The notes: a model not told the origin generated them from the letters alone. A stretch of DNA of 43,950 nt from a virus (IMGVR_UViG_2778261535_000013:1-43950), one strand, 5' to 3'; positions 17,718-27,007 are shown, counted from the stretch's first letter. A program made the numbers and translations.

Positions 17718-19841
17718 TTAATCTTCTGCCTCAGGCTGGAACATCAGCACGTAAAAAACATGCTGCTTCCCCCCAATTTTGCCGAGCGCCTTTTTCTTGT
17801 AACGGCGATCGTTACCCGCTTCCAGCATTCCGGCAGCACTCAACGCGCGGGCAAAGTGAGACGGATTAAATCCCTGTGCTATCTCACCCTCAAATACATG
17901 CGGGAACGTGTAAAAACGGAACTCGTCATCTTCGTTTCTGATACTCCCCTTTCTGTATCCGGCAAGTTCTTTAATCGGTAAATCACGCTCGTCGGTATTG
18001 GGCCACGGAAGGTATCTGCTGAATCCGAACGACGCTAAAAAAGCTTCTGCCTGTTCAACCATCTGTTTAAATTCCCTGTTACCCGTGCCGAACTCCTTCA
18101 CCCAGGCATTAAAATTATGCTGTATGGCATCGCGGCATTCCTGCTCATCCCAGCCAGTAACATGACCTGAAAGCACAAGCGCGGCCTCCAGTATGGCAAA
18201 TCGCTCCCCCACACGGTGAACCTGTTCGCCGTAGCTCTCCGGTATCAGGTTGCGCCACCGCTCACGGCATGTCCTTACCGTGTCCTTTGCCTCCTGCTGG
18301 TGTTCTGCCAGCCATTTAACCCACTCACGACCCGCCGCCCCGTGATTTTCTGTCCAGGCATCCTTTAACGCGTCTGCGTGCGCCTTTCCGGTGCTGTATT
18401 CGTGAAATTGCGTGGCTTTTTCCATCGGAACGTTAAGCAGGCGGACAAGCTGCCCCGCTTTGACTTTTATCCCCTCCGTTTTGAGGAATGTCTCAACGTC
18501 CATTTCTCCGGTGCTGATTGCCACCGTGCGCCAGTGTTTGATCTCCCTGTTGCCGCCGTCCTTCGCCCCCTGTAATTTCCCCGAACCGTTAAACAGCGTA
18601 TAGGCTGACGTGGACACCTCCCGCGCGTTTCCGGCCTGGCCTATTTCATCCAGGGGTAAAAGCCCGTCATTGTGTGCCTCTGCTTCGTTGGCGATACCTA
18701 ACGCTGTGCCGTACCAGGTCAGCCGCTGCGCGTCCGGCTCTCCCCATAAACTTGATGCGATGTTCTGTGTGGTGGTTTTCCCTGCCGATGACTGTTCGAA
18801 AAGATGTACCCCGAAGCCGTCAGCGCCCACCAGCCCGATTAATGGTGCGGATAACGATACCGCCACACCCAGCATCATGGACGGATTACCACCAGCCAGC
18901 CGCGCAACGGTATCGCGCCAGCCCTCCGCCGTTCCTGCCACGGAATAGCCATTAACAGCAGCCGTTTTTCCGGTAAACAGGACTGGCTTTTCGCAATCAC
19001 CAATGACCGAACCGTCCGGCATGATGTACGCGCCAAAATGCCAGCCCGTTGTTGTGCTTAACTGCCATTCCTCATGGCTTCCGCTTAACTGCATCCAGTC
19101 AGCCAGGATAGCCCTGTATTTACCGTTGGTTGTTACGTTCAGTCCGTGGTCTTTCAGCAACCGCCAGCCGTCACGGTCGCCAATGCCACCGCACGGAACC
19201 GCCATTGTGATGACTTCATGGTTTGCTAATTTTTTCCAGCGCATCACGCGGTAATGCTCTTTACCGATTGTCCCCGTTCCCAGTAGTTCAAGCGGGGAAC
19301 ATAACCACGTCTCAGGCCGGATAATTTCGCCTGACTGCTTATCCACTTTTGGCGTTACCCAGAAAACACCATCGGCGCGACTTTCAACGCGGGGCTTTAA
19401 TTCATCATCGCCCTGGATTTCTGTGATTTTTTTCTTTAAGGGCAACACCAGACTTTCCCCGCGCTCGTATTCGTCTTTGAGGCGAGGCAACTGGTCGGAT
19501 AAATCCGCCGGGCTGATGTCAGTTATCCCCGCGTATTCGTATACGGTCTTCACGCCAGCCACAGCCAGCAACGTGACGATCTGTGTAAGGCTACGTTCAG
19601 TGATGTGCCCTGCGCGGTAAACACGCACACACTGACGGCTATCATCAATAATTTGATAACCGGTAATATCTTTCAGGTGTTCATCTGACAGAACGACAGG
19701 CGGCACATTGTCGGCGGCAATATGCTTACCTGCCCATTCCTGCCACTCTTTCGCATGGCTCCACGCATCACTACCCGCAAAGATGATAACCTCCGTCATT
19801 TTGTCGGCTGGCTGGTGCTTTAAGTTTGGTGCGCGCTTCAT
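17718..19841 (-). CDS. replication protein, primase-helicase-like, with Walker A motif
   Basis: 707 aa; GxxxxGKT (…EQSSAGKTTT…); size and position beside the iterons match PICI/P4-type replication proteins. Confidence 0.65.
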   Translation of the reverse strand: MKRAPNLKHQPADKMTEVIIFAGSDAWSHAKEWQEWAGKHIAADNVPPVVLSDEHLKDITGYQIIDDSRQCVRVYRAGHITERSLTQIVTLLAVAGVKTVYEYAGITDISPADLSDQLPRLKDEYERGESLVLPLKKKITEIQGDDELKPRVESRADGVFWVTPKVDKQSGEIIRPETWLCSPLELLGTGTIGKEHYRVMRWKKLANHEVITMAVPCGGIGDRDGWRLLKDHGLNVTTNGKYRAILADWMQLSGSHEEWQLSTTTGWHFGAYIMPDGSVIGDCEKPVLFTGKTAAVNGYSVAGTAEGWRDTVARLAGGNPSMMLGVAVSLSAPLIGLVGADGFGVHLFEQSSAGKTTTQNIASSLWGEPDAQRLTWYGTALGIANEAEAHNDGLLPLDEIGQAGNAREVSTSAYTLFNGSGKLQGAKDGGNREIKHWRTVAISTGEMDVETFLKTEGIKVKAGQLVRLLNVPMEKATQFHEYSTGKAHADALKDAWTENHGAAGREWVKWLAEHQQEAKDTVRTCRERWRNLIPESYGEQVHRVGERFAILEAALVLSGHVTGWDEQECRDAIQHNFNAWVKEFGTGNREFKQMVEQAEAFLASFGFSRYLPWPNTDERDLPIKELAGYRKGSIRNEDDEFRFYTFPHVFEGEIAQGFNPSHFARALSAAGMLEAGNDRRYKKKALGKIGGKQHVFYVLMFQPEAED

Positions 19842-20152
19842 TTTGCCTTTCCCCGTTCACGAATAATTTCACGTACTGCCTTAATGCGTTCCATTCCTGT
19901 AACGCGCATGATTCTGTCGATGTCGCTTAATTCTGCTGGTGGTGCTTTACTTACCAAGGTGAACTCCCTGTCAAAGCGCATATGTGACGACACGCAGGGA
20001 TGCGCATAACCTTCGCGGATATAGGTCACACGAAAATCATCGACGGTTTTGATCGTTATCGTGCTGCCGTATTTATCCTGGAAAATATCGCCGGGGCGGA
20101 TTTCAGGCCGAGCGGGGCCGCTGGCAGTAAAGCCAGAATTTTTCTTTTTCAT
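19838..20152 (-). CDS. hypothetical protein
   Basis: 104 aa ORF, stop overlaps the replication gene start. Confidence 0.4.
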   Translation of the reverse strand: MKKKNSGFTASGPARPEIRPGDIFQDKYGSTITIKTVDDFRVTYIREGYAHPCVSSHMRFDREFTLVSKAPPAELSDIDRIMRVTGMERIKAVREIIRERGKAK

Positions 20153-20157
20153 GTTTT

Positions 20158-20406
20158 TTACTCCAGAGGCAGCTTTTTAGCGGCGAGCTCAATATCAGAT
20201 GTCAGAGAAACCTGTGTATTTGCCAGGTCTAACAACAAAGAAATAAGAATTTCTTCTCTGCTATCGGATTTATCGGTGCTAAGGCTGTTCATCCACATAT
20301 TGACGACTTCCCTGATTTTTTTCGCAGAGTGCAGGGCTTCAAATGCCAGGTCTTCAATATCATGTTTATTTCGCATAATCGCCCCCGCCATTTTCACAAT
20401 CAGCAA
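20158..20406 (-). CDS. hypothetical protein
   Basis: 82 aa ORF; true start uncertain. Confidence 0.35.
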   Translation of the reverse strand: MLIVKMAGAIMRNKHDIEDLAFEALHSAKKIREVVNMWMNSLSTDKSDSREEILISLLLDLANTQVSLTSDIELAAKKLPLE

Positions 20407-20611
20407 TCAGGATGGCTTTTGCCTCATTCAGCGCCGTATCAGCACTAAATTGCATGACAGCCAGTGAGTGAGGAACGAAAGCCCCGGCATATTCTGTTTC
20501 GCTGGTGGCGTGCTTATGCGCCTTGTCTGCGATAACAGAAATATCAATCAGCGCGTGCATCAGCGTTCTGATGGCTTCGGCGGCTGCGTCCGGACGGGTG
20601 TTATTACACAT
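20366..20611 (-). CDS. hypothetical protein
   Basis: 81 aa ORF; its ATG overlaps the stop of the upstream 67-aa ORF (ATGTGTAA) with AGGAGG RBS. Confidence 0.4.
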   Translation of the reverse strand: MCNNTRPDAAAEAIRTLMHALIDISVIADKAHKHATSETEYAGAFVPHSLAVMQFSADTALNEAKAILIADCENGGGDYAK

Positions 20612-20807
20612 GGCGTACCTCCTGACGAATACGGGCAGTAAATACCATCACGCAGCCGGCCGGGGATTGCTGGCGGGCTTCCTGTTCGCTGGTGGCCTCA
20701 ATGGTAATCACGCGCGGCTTAGCCGTGCTCAGGGCGATAAAACGCCAGATGTATTTATTCAGGTTGTGCGAGTCCCGCCCTTTCGGGTGTGTGGTATGAT
20801 TTAACAT
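20604..20807 (-). CDS. hypothetical small protein (67 aa), first gene of the leftward operon
   Basis: ATG at 20807 with RBS; corresponds to the C-terminal 67 codons of a long low-complexity ORF-track entry that is otherwise implausible. Confidence 0.4.
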   Translation of the reverse strand: MLNHTTHPKGRDSHNLNKYIWRFIALSTAKPRVITIEATSEQEARQQSPAGCVMVFTARIRQEVRHV

Positions 20808-20904
20808 AGCTACCTCGATACTTTCGCTATCGTTGGTGGTTAGAAGCCCCGTTACTGCTCCAACAGTGCGGGGTTTCGTCGTTTCTGCACCTTGCATAAA
20901 CAAG

Positions 20905-20985
20905 GTGTAAGACACAATGTAAAGCAGCAGTGTCTTACACGTCAATCCTTCAAAATAATTTTTTTTCGTGTATATTGTCTTACAC
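20905..20985. promoter_or_regulatory. divergent promoter region with three copies of operator GTGTAAGACAC / GTGTCTTACAC
   Basis: inverted pair at 20905-20915 and 20930-20940, third copy at 20976-20985 overlapping a TATATT -10-like hexamer about 30 nt upstream of the RHH gene. Confidence 0.5.
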
Positions 20986-21006
20986 CAAAAACATAAGGAG
21001 TTAGAC

Positions 21007-21186
21007 ATGGCAACAGGTCCAAAGAATGCAAAATCACAATCTGTAACTGCACGTATTGCCCATGAAATTATTGAAGGCATGGAAAAAGTGAAAGAAGAAG
21101 GCGAAAGTACAGGGCAGTTTATAAGCGCAGCCATGCGTGGCGAGATCAAACGCCGCCAGCGCCGCAAGGCCAAAGAGCAGGAGTAA
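21007..21186 (+). CDS. small ribbon-helix-helix-like regulator
   Basis: 59 aa from ATG 21007 (MATGPKNAKSQSVTARIAHEIIEGMEK…) with GGAG RBS; sequence pattern compatible with RHH/CopG-type DNA-binding proteins. Confidence 0.45.
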   Translation: MATGPKNAKSQSVTARIAHEIIEGMEKVKEEGESTGQFISAAMRGEIKRRQRRKAKEQE

Positions 21187-21243
21187 CCATCACCAGCGCC
21201 GTGGTGAGAGTAACTACGGCGCATTGCTATGCAGGTGCTTACC

Positions 21244-21423
21244 ATGAACGATAAAGAGTTAAAAAAAACACCACCACAAACACGGAAAGGACAGCGCAAA
21301 AAGATAGCGCATGAGCATGAATCAGAAAGATTCGCCCCCTGTGCGTTTGCTCTTGAGAAATTCCTTAAGGAGCACAAGAAAAAGCTATCATTGCAAACCT
21401 GGGAACGAACCGAATCTGACTGA
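21244..21423 (+). CDS. hypothetical small basic protein
   Basis: 59 aa from MNDKELKK… downstream of the RHH gene; no motif. Confidence 0.3.
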   Translation: MNDKELKKTPPQTRKGQRKKIAHEHESERFAPCAFALEKFLKEHKKKLSLQTWERTESD

Positions 21424-21516
21424 TCAAATTGCCCACCAGCCAGCAAATCGCTATGATGTTCGGGCTTATGTTTAGTGTTTTCCCATTGGCGACCGCCCCC
21501 GGTCGCCTTTGTTTTG

Positions 21517-22095
21517 TCACTGAATGCAGTTGTCAAAGTAAAACTCAGGCTGATATTCACGTATCAGCCTTTTTTCTTCTTCCTCCAGTTCACGCTTTTT
21601 GCGCTTACAGGCCTGTAGCTCCCTCCCCTTCTCACTGGCACTTATTTGATATTGCTCTTTACGGCGGGAAAAATCCTGCAATGCGCCCCACGGGATACCA
21701 TAAGCCCCTGTCTTTCTGATACCTGGTATCACATTCCTGAATACCCAGTTACTGAAACGATGAGCAAATGTGCCAGGCGTCGTTGCTTTGCGGCTGCGGG
21801 CTATTAGTTTGTAGAAACCTGACTCAGAGATAATGCTCATATTCTGATTTCCTCCGGGGGTGTAAGTTAAATTTACTCCCTTTTCATCATCATCAAGCAT
21901 CTGCAACGCCGTACGCGAATTGGTCAGTTCCAGCGCAGCGCAAACATCCTTTGCAACAAACCACGGATCGCCGTTCAGATACACCACGCGAACGTTCACA
22001 CCATCAAAGCGCAGAACGACCAGATCACGAATATCACAGAATTTTTTCACATGACGTGCGTCACCCTTGCCCGTCACGGCAATATTTTTATTCAT
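21517..22095 (-). CDS. Bro-N domain protein (antirepressor-like)
   Basis: …GDPWFVAKDVCAALELTNSRTALQMLDDDEK… matches the conserved Bro-N core. Confidence 0.7.
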   Translation of the reverse strand: MNKNIAVTGKGDARHVKKFCDIRDLVVLRFDGVNVRVVYLNGDPWFVAKDVCAALELTNSRTALQMLDDDEKGVNLTYTPGGNQNMSIISESGFYKLIARSRKATTPGTFAHRFSNWVFRNVIPGIRKTGAYGIPWGALQDFSRRKEQYQISASEKGRELQACKRKKRELEEEEKRLIREYQPEFYFDNCIQ

Positions 22096-22152
22096 CGCTT
22101 TCTACCTCACATACAAAAAACCCCGCATTGCGTGGTGCGGGGTTGTCGGTAA

Positions 22153-22431
22153 TTACTTATTGGCGTTTTTGTATGGGCTGTTTACTTCCTTTACTCCTGG
22201 CGGATGCATAACCCACCAGAGCACATCAGAGAGCAACCAGGAAACAGACACTTTCCCTAAATGAGCACGAGCAGGAAATGCTCCCTCCTGTTCAAGTACC
22301 CAACGTCTGCTTCTTGAAAGCCCGGTACGATTGGCACACTCATGTTCGCGTATACGGCGATCATACGGTTCGCCATGCTCTTTCAGAATCTGAATGCGTT
22401 CTTCGGGTGTAGGATAAATAAATTTTTGCAT
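22153..22431 (-). CDS. AlpA-family regulator (excisionase-like)
   Basis: likely start MQKFIYPTPEE… at 22431; …TGLSRSRRWVLEQEGAFPARAHLGKVSVSWLLSDV… matches the AlpA HTH pattern. Confidence 0.65.
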   Translation of the reverse strand: MQKFIYPTPEERIQILKEHGEPYDRRIREHECANRTGLSRSRRWVLEQEGAFPARAHLGKVSVSWLLSDVLWWVMHPPGVKEVNSPYKNANK

Positions 22432-22494
22432 AAAAATATCACCTATAAAAAAACCCGCCAAAAGACGGGTTGATTATATCTCATTTAATTTAGC

Positions 22495-22728
22495 TCAGGG
22501 TTTCCATTCACCCTTTACCCATTCCAGCACCTCAGATAAGCGCCAGACTTTTGTTTGTGGGCCAATACATATTTTTCGTGGAAATTTTCCTTCCTTTTCA
22601 AGTAACGATCTGTGTCTCCTGCCAAGAGCAGTTAACCATGCACATTCATCTTCCTTAATCATCCTGTCGATTGTTTTATCATTTTCAAGTTCTTCACGCG
22701 TAACTATTTGAATCATTACCATCACCAC
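22495..22728 (-). CDS. AlpA-family regulator (second copy)
   Basis: …LLEKEGKFPRKICIGPQTKVWRLSEVLEWV… matches the AlpA pattern; immediately downstream of the integrase gene. Confidence 0.6.
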   Translation of the reverse strand: MVMVMIQIVTREELENDKTIDRMIKEDECAWLTALGRRHRSLLEKEGKFPRKICIGPQTKVWRLSEVLEWVKGEWKP

Positions 22729-23917
22729 TAATTAGCTTATTCAGGTAGTCGTACCACCAGTTCATAGCTTCTTTTTTTCTGTCCATATACTGGCTTCTGT
22801 TATAAACCCCGGCAACACCGCCTAATGTGTGCCCAAGCAACTGTTCAACCACATTATGTTCAAAACCATGATCACTTAGCTTTGTGGCAAACACTCTTCG
22901 CATATCATGCGCCGTCCATTTCTCCGAGTGTTTCATCCTTTTCCATGTCTTACCGATAGTTACGCTTGCCGTACACTGACGCATATCAAACCCAATCACA
23001 TTTTCTTTGTTACCTGTTATTTTTTTTAACGTAACTAACCAGTTAAACATGCCATCAGGAATCGGTCTGATTATTTCCCTGCCATTTTTGCTATGATCAG
23101 CGGGAACGCGCCATAATTTCTTATCAAAATCCCACTCTCCCCAGGAGGACAGTAATACTTCTGACAGTCGGCAACCAAAAACTACCAGGAAACGTAAAAT
23201 AATTCGGTTTTCATATGATAATTCGTGATTGTCATAATCAGTATTAATACTTCGCCATAAATCTCTGATTTCATCATCTGTTAAAACCCTGCTTCTTCGC
23301 GCAGACTTTTTTCCCACATCACAGACCTCAAGATCATCAATTTCATGACTAATCGCGTATTTTCTTACCCGACAAAATTTAAGCGCCTGTTTTGATATAC
23401 GCAATAAAGCTCCGGCCTGTACAGGTGCTACTTTTTTTATTTTGTCAAAGCACTTGATCCACATAGATATTGAGCAATCACTAAGTGGTACATGACCAAT
23501 CACCGGATAAATATGTTTACCAAAGCACTGCCTGATATGTTCTGCTCCCCTACGCTTATCCATTGCATAATTATCAAGCCAGTATTCAAGCGCCTCACGA
23601 ACGGTAACAGGTTGCAAGGTGGCTTCCCGTTCAATTTTTATCTGAATCCGTGGATCTCTGCCCTCCGCAAGCCAGGTTCGACACTGATCGCGCATCTCTC
23701 TCGCTGATTTGAGACTCAGATCAGGATATTTTCCAAGTGTCAGCCAGATGGGCGCGGTTCCCCTTCCCGCCAGTCTGTAAAAGAAAACAAAACTAACACA
23801 TCCGTATTTACTGACCCGTACCGAAAGCCCGTTACCATCAGCGATGGTTTCCTGCCTCTCACTCCTGCGCCCAAGCAGGGAACGAAGTTTTTTATCGCTC
23901 AGTTTGTTTAGCGCCAT
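22694..23917 (-). CDS. int: tyrosine integrase, P4-type
   Basis: likely start MALNKLSDKKLRSLLG… at 23917; C-terminal catalytic region …HDMRRVFATKL…LLGHT…YNRSQY; adjacent to the right junction. Confidence 0.9.
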   Translation of the reverse strand: MALNKLSDKKLRSLLGRRSERQETIADGNGLSVRVSKYGCVSFVFFYRLAGRGTAPIWLTLGKYPDLSLKSAREMRDQCRTWLAEGRDPRIQIKIEREATLQPVTVREALEYWLDNYAMDKRRGAEHIRQCFGKHIYPVIGHVPLSDCSISMWIKCFDKIKKVAPVQAGALLRISKQALKFCRVRKYAISHEIDDLEVCDVGKKSARRSRVLTDDEIRDLWRSINTDYDNHELSYENRIILRFLVVFGCRLSEVLLSSWGEWDFDKKLWRVPADHSKNGREIIRPIPDGMFNWLVTLKKITGNKENVIGFDMRQCTASVTIGKTWKRMKHSEKWTAHDMRRVFATKLSDHGFEHNVVEQLLGHTLGGVAGVYNRSQYMDRKKEAMNWWYDYLNKLISGDGNDSNSYA

Positions 23918-23937
23918 GTGATTTATAACCCGTTTTT

Positions 23938-23958
23938 GCAATACACAGTGCAATACAC
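23938..23958. repeat. GCAATACACAGTGCAATACAC, candidate integrase arm-type site (right arm)
   Basis: matches 9526-9546 with one mismatch; 20-40 nt upstream of the int start codon. Confidence 0.4.
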
Positions 23959-24088
23959 AAATGATGAAAACAGCCAGAACCTTCCAGAAAAAACAAAAAC
24001 GACGAACAAGAAAAAATCTTTTTCTTTCATTTGGTTACTAAAAAAATCAGGACAGGCCGCACTGTTGTTACGGCGTGATGTTACGTTC

Positions 24089-24095
24089 TTGGTAA
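24089..24095. repeat. att core copy (TTGGTAA) at right junction of the inserted element
   Basis: identical to 9444-9450. Confidence 0.6.
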
Positions 24096-25116
24096 AAAAA
24101 TTCACCCGCGCAGAGACCTGTTCTTTCGCTTTTTTCGCCAGGCGACGCAGATCATCCCAGCGTTTACAGATGCCCAGGCCGGGATTCGCTTTCTGCCAGA
24201 CCGTTTCATCAAACGGATCATCTCCCTCATCGAGGGTGTAAATAATCGCAAAGTAGGAGTCGTCTTTTACCGCGCCCTCCACGTCGCTGTTATAGCCACG
24301 CAATACCTTGATGGCGTAATCACGCTGCTCGTAACAAATCCCTTCCTTGTTAAACCCTGCCGTGGTGATACCAAATAAAAGGGACTGCAGACGGGCACCG
24401 GTTGCCGTTTCCAGAACGTCCCACACGTCACGGGTTTTATGTGCATGCAGCTCATCAATAATGGCGCAGTGGATGTTCAGACCATCCAGGTTGTTTGCAT
24501 CCGAAGAAAGCGGTTCAAATTTTGATGCGCTCTGCTCCTGGTAAATCGCCAGCTTGTTGAAATCAAACAACCGCCCGAGTGTCGACCGGGCTTTTCTGAC
24601 CATATTTTTGGCGTCTTCAAACACGATTCTGGCCTGGTCACGCGTAGTTGCGGCTGAATACACCTCAGCACCGCCTTCACCATCTGCCCCCGTCATATAC
24701 AGACCGATACCCGATGACAGGGTTGATTTTGCGTTTTTACGGGCGACTTCGTTGTACGCCGTCCGGAACCGGCGCACCATCACCGGACGTCCGCTGCCAT
24801 CGCTGCGCATGACAACTTCCCCGGTCTCTTCATTGACCAGCGGAATGACAAAACCAAAAATATTAATGAGGATAAATACATGCCAGTCCATCAACTCAAT
24901 AGGCTGGCCTGCCAGCGCCCCTTTTACATGAGGCACAAATTTGTAGAAATTCAGGATGTGCTGCGCACGGGGTTCACTGAAATAAATCCCCCGCTCTTCG
25001 CCGTACTTCAGATCATCAAGAAAACGCTGGCAGGCCAGACGGACAAATTCGCCAGCGACAATTTCTCCTGCAACAACACGTTCGGCGTAGCGGATCCCGT
25101 CAGCCACTTTTGCCAT
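24089..25116 (-). pseudogene. terL: terminase large subunit, N-terminal (ATPase-domain) fragment of an interrupted gene
   Basis: authentic terminase sequence up to …QVSARVNFFTK at the junction, then about 50 codons of element-derived sequence before a stop at 23923; ORF-track entry 23923-25116. Confidence 0.85.
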
Positions 25117-25598
25117 CAGTCTCTCGCTTTTAAAAGTTCCGCCAGCGGATCAACATCATCCGGTCCGGCGGTATTTACTTTCGCCCGGCTTGCCGGTGAC
25201 ATACCAAACTCTGCAAGCATCGCCCGGATCCGCTTCCAGGCATCCGCTTTCATCGCAGCAGCCGGGTGTGCCTTAATCAGCACATCACCGTTCTGCGTTT
25301 CCGTGCGGTAGGTATAACCCTCAGCATCAAGTGTTTCGCAGTGATGCCGGTATTCGGTGTAGGCTTCCACCAGTAACTCGAGTGCACGCGCATCAAGCTG
25401 AGAAATGATCCCTTCCGCATTCAGTTCTTCCGCCATTCGCCTGAACCAGTACTTCCCCTGCGACCCTAAATGTTGCGGAATTTTAGGGAGACCTTTTTCA
25501 TCCTTTTTAGCGGTTTTTTTTGGGTCTTTAACGGGGCGCTTTGAGGGGTTGCCTCGTATCAAATGCAGGCGTGGCGGGGTTTTCGGGGGTCCTGACAT
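25116..25598 (-). CDS. terminase small subunit, P27 family
   Basis: 160 aa, basic N-terminus …LIRGNPSKRP…; stop overlaps the terL start. Confidence 0.75.
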   Translation of the reverse strand: MSGPPKTPPRLHLIRGNPSKRPVKDPKKTAKKDEKGLPKIPQHLGSQGKYWFRRMAEELNAEGIISQLDARALELLVEAYTEYRHHCETLDAEGYTYRTETQNGDVLIKAHPAAAMKADAWKRIRAMLAEFGMSPASRAKVNTAGPDDVDPLAELLKARD

Positions 25599-25746
25599 AA
25601 TCGGTTTTACCTATCAATCATTTAATCACATTCCCAAAAAAAAGTTTTCGAACCTGCGGCGATGTGAGGAAGGGTCAGGCGGCGGTACTGAGCAGCCAGG
25701 GCTGCAGAGATTTGACCCGCCCCTCCCCTACAGATGGGAACTGTTA

Positions 25747-26097
25747 TCAATTGATGCGTTCGCGCGCTGTTTTTGCTTTATGACAGGGCCAGCACAGACT
25801 CTGCAGGTTACTGTCTGCATCCGTGCCACCATGAGCTTTCGGAATGATGTGGTCCACAGTTCTGGCTTCAACGGCTCTCCCATTGCGCATGCAGTTCTGA
25901 CACAGATGATTATCACGCTTCAGTATGCGCGCACGTATGGCATCCCATTTCGAGCCATAGCCACGCTGGTGGCGGCTCAGTCCGCGCTGATGCTGTACCC
26001 ATCCTTCGCCACGATGTTTATCGCAGTAACCAGAACTGTCTGTGGTTGTACCTGCACATCCACGCTTACGGCAGGCGCGCGGGATTTGTGATGGCAT
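25747..26097 (-). CDS. HNH endonuclease (packaging-associated)
   Basis: likely start MPSQIPRACRKRGCAG… at 26097; …VDHIIPKAHGGTDADSNLQSLCWPCH… HNH motif. Confidence 0.8.
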   Translation of the reverse strand: MPSQIPRACRKRGCAGTTTDSSGYCDKHRGEGWVQHQRGLSRHQRGYGSKWDAIRARILKRDNHLCQNCMRNGRAVEARTVDHIIPKAHGGTDADSNLQSLCWPCHKAKTARERIN

Positions 26098-26139
26098 AGA
26101 ATTTCGCTCCTCTAAAAAATATTCTGCTCTCACCGTCGG

Positions 26140-26322
26140 TCAGTTCTGCATACACTGCCGGACACCGTCGACAATTTCGCAGACCTGAGAAGCCATATCG
26201 AAAAGCTGGCGCGCCTTATCCATGCTGACGCATCCCACCAAGAAAAAAGGCACCAGTATCGCTACCAGTGCCCATTTCGCCGTTGTTCGCGGCATTCTGT
26301 GTATCCAGTGTTTTCTGCTCAT
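26140..26322 (-). CDS. putative lipoprotein (spanin candidate)
   Basis: from MSRKHWIHRMPRTTAKWALVAILVPFFLVGC… with lipobox L-V-G-C; 5' end is embedded in the 3' end of the endolysin ORF. Confidence 0.4.
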   Translation of the reverse strand: MSRKHWIHRMPRTTAKWALVAILVPFFLVGCVSMDKARQLFDMASQVCEIVDGVRQCMQN

Positions 26323-26336
26323 AACACACCTGGTTA

Positions 26337-26720
26337 TCAGCGTTTCAACTGAAAGTGAGGCCCGTCTTTCAGTGTTTTCCAGTCCCCGCCCCATTCGATG
26401 GCAGTTCCCAGCTCTGCGGCAGCCTGCTTAAATGCCTGCGCGATTTTCTCGTACAGAGCCCAGTCCCATGACACCTGGCTGCCAACGTAAGCCACAACAT
26501 CCACCGCATCACCGGTCAGGTGACGACTGTTCATGGTCTGGCTCTTGCCTTCTGCAACCAGCTGTTTCTGGCGTTCTTTCGTGCGCAGGCCTTCCGTAAT
26601 ACCGAAATCAACCTCCGTCAGCTCCAGCGCACGGCGAACGACAGCAACCAGCTGTGGTTTAACGCCCTCCAGATTTCTTTCGCTACGACAACTGAATCTG
26701 AATTTCCCCGGCATACTCAC
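26337..26720 (-). CDS. endolysin, peptidase M15 (L-alanyl-D-glutamate peptidase-like)
   Basis: 127 aa; …VDFGITEGLRTKERQKQL…SRHLTGDAVDV… matches the M15 zinc-peptidase endolysin pattern. Confidence 0.8.
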   Translation of the reverse strand: MSMPGKFRFSCRSERNLEGVKPQLVAVVRRALELTEVDFGITEGLRTKERQKQLVAEGKSQTMNSRHLTGDAVDVVAYVGSQVSWDWALYEKIAQAFKQAAAELGTAIEWGGDWKTLKDGPHFQLKR

Positions 26721-27007
26721 CTCAACAATGGAAAGATTCTTGTGACGTTCCCGCGTGCACGTATCACCAGCACGCAGAACAGCAGATTAAAAAACACTTC
26801 AGGCCAGCCCGTTGCTAACGGGCGACCACACAGATAGCTGAGGGGCGCAAAGGCATACAGCAGCATCAACAGCCAGGCCAGCCATGACATCAGCGGTTTA
26901 TGTCTGGAATCACGGCGACGATAAAAAAAGAGCGTCAGCACGATAACCGTGCATAACGCCACATTCAGCAATCCGGGAAGGTTACTTAACATTGCCGCCT
27001 CCTCCAC
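26717..27007 (-). CDS. membrane protein of the lysis cassette (holin or antiholin candidate)
   Basis: hydrophobic 2-TM-like ORF between holin-like gene and endolysin; true start uncertain. Confidence 0.4.
   Translation of the reverse strand: MEEAAMLSNLPGLLNVALCTVIVLTLFFYRRRDSRHKPLMSWLAWLLMLLYAFAPLSYLCGRPLATGWPEVFFNLLFCVLVIRARGNVTRIFPLLR

Larger units (their letters stand above)
9451..24088 (-). mobile_element. integrated satellite-like element (cf-PICI-like), about 14.6 kb, inserted in resident terL
   Basis: bounded by 7-bp direct repeats; encodes integrase, AlpA-like regulators, replication module with iterons, and capsid/packaging genes but no tail genes. Confidence 0.8.

Noticed and set aside
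20604-21560. 318-aa minus-strand ORF in the ORF track spanning the element's regulatory region
   Set aside because: Low-complexity, Cys/Ser-rich translation that overlaps the RHH-like gene, the operator repeats and a small plus-strand ORF. Only its last 67 codons (20604-20807, with RBS) look like a real gene.
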